Below, one piece after another: positions 9,306 to 12,751 of a stretch of 12,751 nt of DNA (the stretch's first letter is position 1; each line of letters begins with the position of its first letter). Made by a program: the position numbers and the translations under genes. The DNA comes from Octopus sinensis (taxonomy: Eukaryota), in the NCBI RefSeq assembly GCF_006345805.1, contig NW_021826425.1, positions 1 through 12,751 on the forward strand, given 5' to 3'. The notes beneath the pieces were generated by a model that had not been told where the DNA came from, made no database searches, and saw only the letters and a list, made by a program, of their open reading frames with translations.

Positions 9306-9513
9306 CGACCGCGTGTGTATCGTTGGCGTTTCTTTTTCCTCCGTCTTACCTTCCTTGGATCTTTCCTTTGTCCATGTTTCTGACGAAGAGCTCCGCTCGA
9401 AACGTTAAATTCTCCTTCTTTCTTTCCTTTTCTGAGCGTCCAATAACACTGTACTTGTTCCACGTCCCCTCGTTGTTGGGTTTTCCCTTTGTATTTTCAT
9501 GTTTGGATTAACT
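9306..9513 (+). mobile_element. About 208-bp hammerhead-bearing element in (TA)n, a related subfamily
   Basis: TA tracts at both ends. HHR about 75 nt from the 5' end, as in 8837-9048. The downstream CTGAGCG..AATA..AC and TCCAC..CC.TCGT motifs are shared with that element. Confidence 0.7.
9376..9410 (+). ncRNA. Minimal type I hammerhead with canonical core
   Basis: CUGACGA at 9380-9386 plus A; stem II GAGC-ucc-GCUC at 9388-9398; GAAA at 9399-9402; stem III ACGU; GUU triplet; short stem I GUUU/AAAU. Confidence 0.75.
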
Positions 9514-9514
9514 T

Positions 9515-9547
<33 letters not shown>

Positions 9548-9548
<1 letters not shown>

Positions 9549-9712
9549 CGACGGGCTTCTTTCAGTAACAGTCTGCCAAAATCCACTCAAAAAGCTTTAG
9601 TAGCCCCGAGGCTATAGGGGAGGACATATGCCCAATGTGCCACGTAGTAGGACTGAACCCGGAACCACGTGGCTGGGAAGCAAGCTTCTTACCACACAGC
9701 CACTCCTGCGCC
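9548..9712 (-). mobile_element. SINE family C, head only, between (TA)n tracts
   Basis: Runs from GGCGCAGGAGTGGCTGTGTGGTAAG to GCCCGTCGT. Confidence 0.9.
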
Positions 9713-9751
9713 TATATATATATATATTTTTTTTTTTTATTATATAGAAGG

Positions 9752-9801
9752 AGCTTCTACAGGACTAGAACTGTTTCATTCAAAAGAAATCATCAGGAGC
9801 T
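9752..9801 (-). ncRNA. Type I hammerhead, left arm of the palindrome
   Basis: Mirror of 9891-9941 with a 1-nt deletion in the 5' strand of stem I (AGCUC). Predicted cleavage between 9758 and 9757. Confidence 0.6.
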
Positions 9802-9890
9802 AGTAGACAAGAGTTGTTTTGGCATTTATACATTTAGGCAGGTTTAAAACCTGCCTAACTGTATAAATGCCAAAACAACTCTTGTCTACT

Positions 9891-9941
9891 AGCTTCCTGA
9901 TGATTTCTTTTGAATGAAACAGTTCTAGTCCTGTAGAAGCT
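9891..9941 (+). ncRNA. Type I hammerhead, right arm of the palindrome
   Basis: Stem I AGCUUC(9891-9896)/GAAGCU(9936-9941); CUGAUGA at 9897-9903; stem II UUC-uuuu-GAA with a U.U pair at its base; GAAA at 9916-9919; stem III ACAG/CUGU with an 8-nt loop; GUA cleavage after 9935. Confidence 0.7.
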
Positions 9942-10025
9942 CCTTCTATATAATAAATTAATTTACTCTGCTATGTATTGAGTACCTTATTTACTGTGGT
10001 TAACCCCGACTCAACCCGGGACCTA

Positions 10026-10232
10026 CATATATATATATATATAGATATAGATATATATGTATATATATATATGTATATATATATGTATATATATGTATAT
10101 ATATGTATGTATATATATTTATATATGTATATATATGTACATATATATATACATATATGTATAAATATATATATGTATATTATGTATATATATGTATATA
10201 TATATAATATATTATATATATAATATATATAT
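10026..10232. repeat. (TA)/(TATG) microsatellite
   Basis: Read directly. Confidence 0.95.
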
Positions 10233-10556
10233 AGAATGGTTGTATACTGTCAATCTAACAAGAACGTGACAGTAGGGGGTACACCACCTTTGTGTAGCCC
10301 TAGGAGGCATCGAACGCCTCCTGACAGCTTCGACACATTTTTCCCTGTGTCCTTATATACAGATACATAAACACGGTTTCCCTAGATGCAGTCCGGCGGT
10401 TAGGGGTGTTTGTCTCCCCTTGTATTGTATATAAGGACACAGGGAAAAAATGTGTCGAGCTGTCAGGAGCCGTTCGATGCCTCCTAGGGCTATACAACGG
10501 TGGTGTACCCCCTACTGTCACGTTCTTGTTAGATTGACAGTATACAACCTTTCTAT
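10231..10556. mobile_element. MITE-like element with about 136-bp TIRs and a 53-bp spacer, possible TA target duplication
   Basis: TIRs at 10231-10367 and 10421-10556, roughly 95% identical by eye (about 4 substitutions and 3 indels). TA-GAA...TTC-TA ends, no ORF. Confidence 0.85.
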
Positions 10557-10785
10557 CGCCCCACCACCGTACATCTCTCTACGAGAGATTTAGAAATCAA
10601 TATTTCTTATAATATATATATATATATTATATATATATATATATATGTGTGAATTAAGGTTACCATTGGTGTCGTGTTAAAAAAAGTAGGAAAAATATGA
10701 AGTCGATCACATGGAGGAAAGTGTTCGCCTCCATTCTTACTGTGTTTTCCATGTGAAATGTATAGATATACATACATGTATATGT

Positions 10786-10919
10786 ACGACAGGTATCTAC
10801 CAAATCCACTCGCAAATCTTTGGTCGGGGTGAAGACACTTATGCAAGGTGGCACGTAGTAGGACTGAACCCGGAACTATGGGGTTGGGAAGCAAGCTTCT
10901 TATCACACACGCCTAAGCC
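10786..10919 (-). mobile_element. SINE family C, head only, with internal deletions
   Basis: ATCTACCAAATCCACTC, GAAGACACTT, GGACTGAACCCGGAAC and GCAAGCTTCTT match the family C head. Confidence 0.8.
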
Positions 10920-10927
10920 TACGATAC

Positions 10928-10958
<31 letters not shown>

Positions 10959-11323
10959 AAATAATTTGAAATCGCCTTAAATGGTCCCTTGCATACTGAA
11001 TACTTGATGAAATTGATTAATAATTAATTTTACCCTCAATGTTGAAATTATATATATATATTATATAGTAGAAATATGTTACAAAAGGAAAATATAAAAT
11101 ACACGTGGAAATGTAAGGGTAAAATATTAAAAATCAACGAAAATGCACATTGCAAATAAAAAAAGGCTATTTATGACAGGTAAGGACAAATATATACATT
11201 TAAATTGACTGAGGTAGTAATAAGATTATAATGATTATAAGATGATAATAAAGTAAGAGAACAAAGCGAACCATGCTTTACGCAAAGCTATTCATCGCTT
11301 GAAAAAATATATATAGAGAGAGA

Positions 11324-11485
11324 GCTTACAAAAAAAACAAAAGACGGAGACAGGTGGTGTAGAAAACAAAGATGTATTAGTATAACGCTCAGGAATAGAA
11401 AAAGTCTGTTACGTTTCGAGCCTACGCTCTTCTACAGAAAGGGACATAGAAAAAACAAGGAGAGAAACAAAGAGAGAAAAAAAGG
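11324..11485 (-). mobile_element. Second copy of the 8837-9048 hammerhead-bearing element
   Basis: Shares ACAAAAGACG, CAGGTGG, ATGTATTAGTATA.CGCTCAGGAATAGAAA and TACGTTTCGAGCCTACGCTCTTC.ACAGAAAG. HHR core CUGUAGA at 11437-11431; stem I has mismatches. Confidence 0.75.
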
Positions 11486-11924
11486 ATATACATATATATA
11501 TGCATATGATAAATTAAGGAATGTGCAGTAAATATACAGATGAACTGAAAAAGACACAAAACGGCAAGTTGCAAAACATATAGTAAATGCACAGACGAAA
11601 GGAAATAGTCATAGAAGGTCCCCAACTCCTCATCAGTTCTCGGCTAGAGGGCCAGATGCTATTTCGCGCCATTTACGATAATATTCCTTCCGTTCTGCTG
11701 GCAAGCAGCAAGAGCTGCCGGGAAAGGGACCGAAAACAGACAAACAATAAAAAGATAAACAAGCAATACAGAAGTGGACACTTGAAAATGAATAAATGTA
11801 ATTCAAGGCGAAATCGATATTGGATGGACGTGAGACAACGTATACTGAGGAATGCCTGAGATAGATCCAGCGGTAATTGTGTAATTACCGTGGATGACCT
11901 CATGTAGCCAAAAGCAGTGAATGT

Positions 11925-12330
11925 TCTTTACTCTTTTACTCTTTTACTTGTTTCAGTTATTTGACTATGGCCATGCTGGAGAACCTCTTTTAGTCGAGCA
12001 AATCGCCCCAGGACTTATCCTTTGTAAGCCTAGTACTTATTCTATCGGTCTCTTTTGCCGAACCGCTAAGTTATGGGGACATAAACACACCAGTATCGGT
12101 CGTCAAGCGATGTTGGGGGGACAAACACAGACACACAAACATATATATATATATATATACATATATACGACTGGATTCTTTGAGTTTCCGTCTACCAAAT
12201 CCACTCACAATGCTTTGGTCGGCCCGTGGCTATAGTAGAAGACACTGACCCAAGGTGCCATGCAGTGGGACTGAACCCGGAACCATGCGGTTTGTAAGCA
12301 AGCCACTTACCATACAGCTACTCCTGCGCC
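11925..12330 (-). mobile_element. SINE family C, full length (about 406 bp)
   Basis: tRNA-like head (GGCGCAGGAGTAGCTGTATGGTAAG, B box GGTTCAGTCCC), body, internal (TA/TG)n, 3' domain and (AAAAGAGT)n tail. Confidence 0.92.
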
Positions 12331-12339
12331 TATACTATG

Positions 12340-12520
12340 AACATACAAACACTTAAATACGTATGTTTGTATAGATGTACGTATATATGTATTATAAGTA
12401 TATATATCTGTGTGCGTGTGTGTGTGTGTGTGTCTGTGTGTGTGTGTCTGTGTCTGTGTGTCTGTGTGTGTGCATTTATACACACACCCATACACACATA
12501 CACGTATATTCATATATGCA
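12340..12520. repeat. (TA)/(TG)/(CA) microsatellite region
   Basis: Read directly. Confidence 0.9.
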
Positions 12521-12540
12521 TACTTGAAAGCAATGCGTAG

Positions 12541-12667
12541 GCACTCATGCAAGCGCACAAGCTCATATGTAATTTGAGGTACCATCTCCAAAATTTTTAC
12601 AAGAACAGAATTCATGAAGCACGAAGAACGACCCTGCGTCCACAGTATCTACACGAGTACATAACTG
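12541..12667 (+). CDS. Candidate 127-nt coding exon (ALMQAHKLICNLRYHLQNFYKNRIHEARRTTLRPQYLHEYIT-G)
   Basis: Non-repetitive and open for 42 codons. Acceptor AG at 12539-12540 coincides with an in-frame TAG and has a weak pyrimidine tract. Donor CTG|GTATTA at 12668. The phase 0 start matches the end of 6076-6113. Confidence 0.5.
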
Positions 12668-12707
12668 GTATTATATTTCTTCAAACAGAAAGCGGTGAAC
12701 TGGGCCA

Positions 12708-12751
12708 GATTTGAACACAGAACGTAAGAAGCCGTTATTAATTGCTAAATG
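12708..12751 (-). mobile_element. SINE family A fragment running off the window
   Basis: GATTTGAACACAGAACGTAA resembles GAATTTGAACTCAGAATGTAA at 3172-3192. Confidence 0.55.

Larger units (their letters stand above)
9736..9957. mobile_element. 222-bp near-perfect palindromic (foldback) element with a hammerhead in each arm
   Basis: Arms 9736-9845 and 9847-9957 differ by one substitution and one 1-nt indel. Termini TA-GAAGG...CCTTC-TA. Confidence 0.85.

Noticed and set aside
11629-11670. Possible permuted (type II) hammerhead on the minus strand: GAAA-UAGCA-UC...CUGAUGA
   Set aside because: Stem I does not abut the core (four extra nucleotides) and stem II cannot form beyond one pair.
1927-12615. 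Many ORFs rich in YI, CV, poly-I, poly-N and poly-T in the six-frame track
   Set aside because: They are translations of (TA)n, (TG)n and (AAT)n microsatellites or of SINE sequence and show no domain-like content.
12636-12649. GCGTCCACAGTATC resembles GCGTGCACAGTATC at 6097-6110
   Set aside because: A 14-nt match with one mismatch, read in different frames in the two candidate exons; most likely coincidence.

Overview
AT-rich, intron-like metazoan DNA, dense in microsatellites and short interspersed elements. The SINE families match those I recall from octopus/coleoid cephalopod genomes; the taxon is an inference from that recollection. None of the listed ORFs is a credible protein. Three short segments (841-896, 6076-6113, 12541-12667) have splice signals and join in frame into a 74-codon open peptide, so the window may be introns of a + strand host gene. 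The main finding is up to seven type I hammerhead ribozyme (HHR)-like motifs in short non-coding elements. Four sit in about 160-270 bp elements next to (TA)n tracts and resemble Penelope pLTR/retrozyme-type units; three of these carry a non-canonical U at core position 6. A fifth, decayed motif lies at 1887-1926. The other two lie back to back in a near-perfect 222-bp palindrome (9736-9957), one per arm. Also present: a MITE-like element whose long TIRs each fold into four hairpins, three copies of a roughly 550-bp element found only in (AAT)n tracts, and several tRNA-derived SINE families, including head-only and inverted copies.
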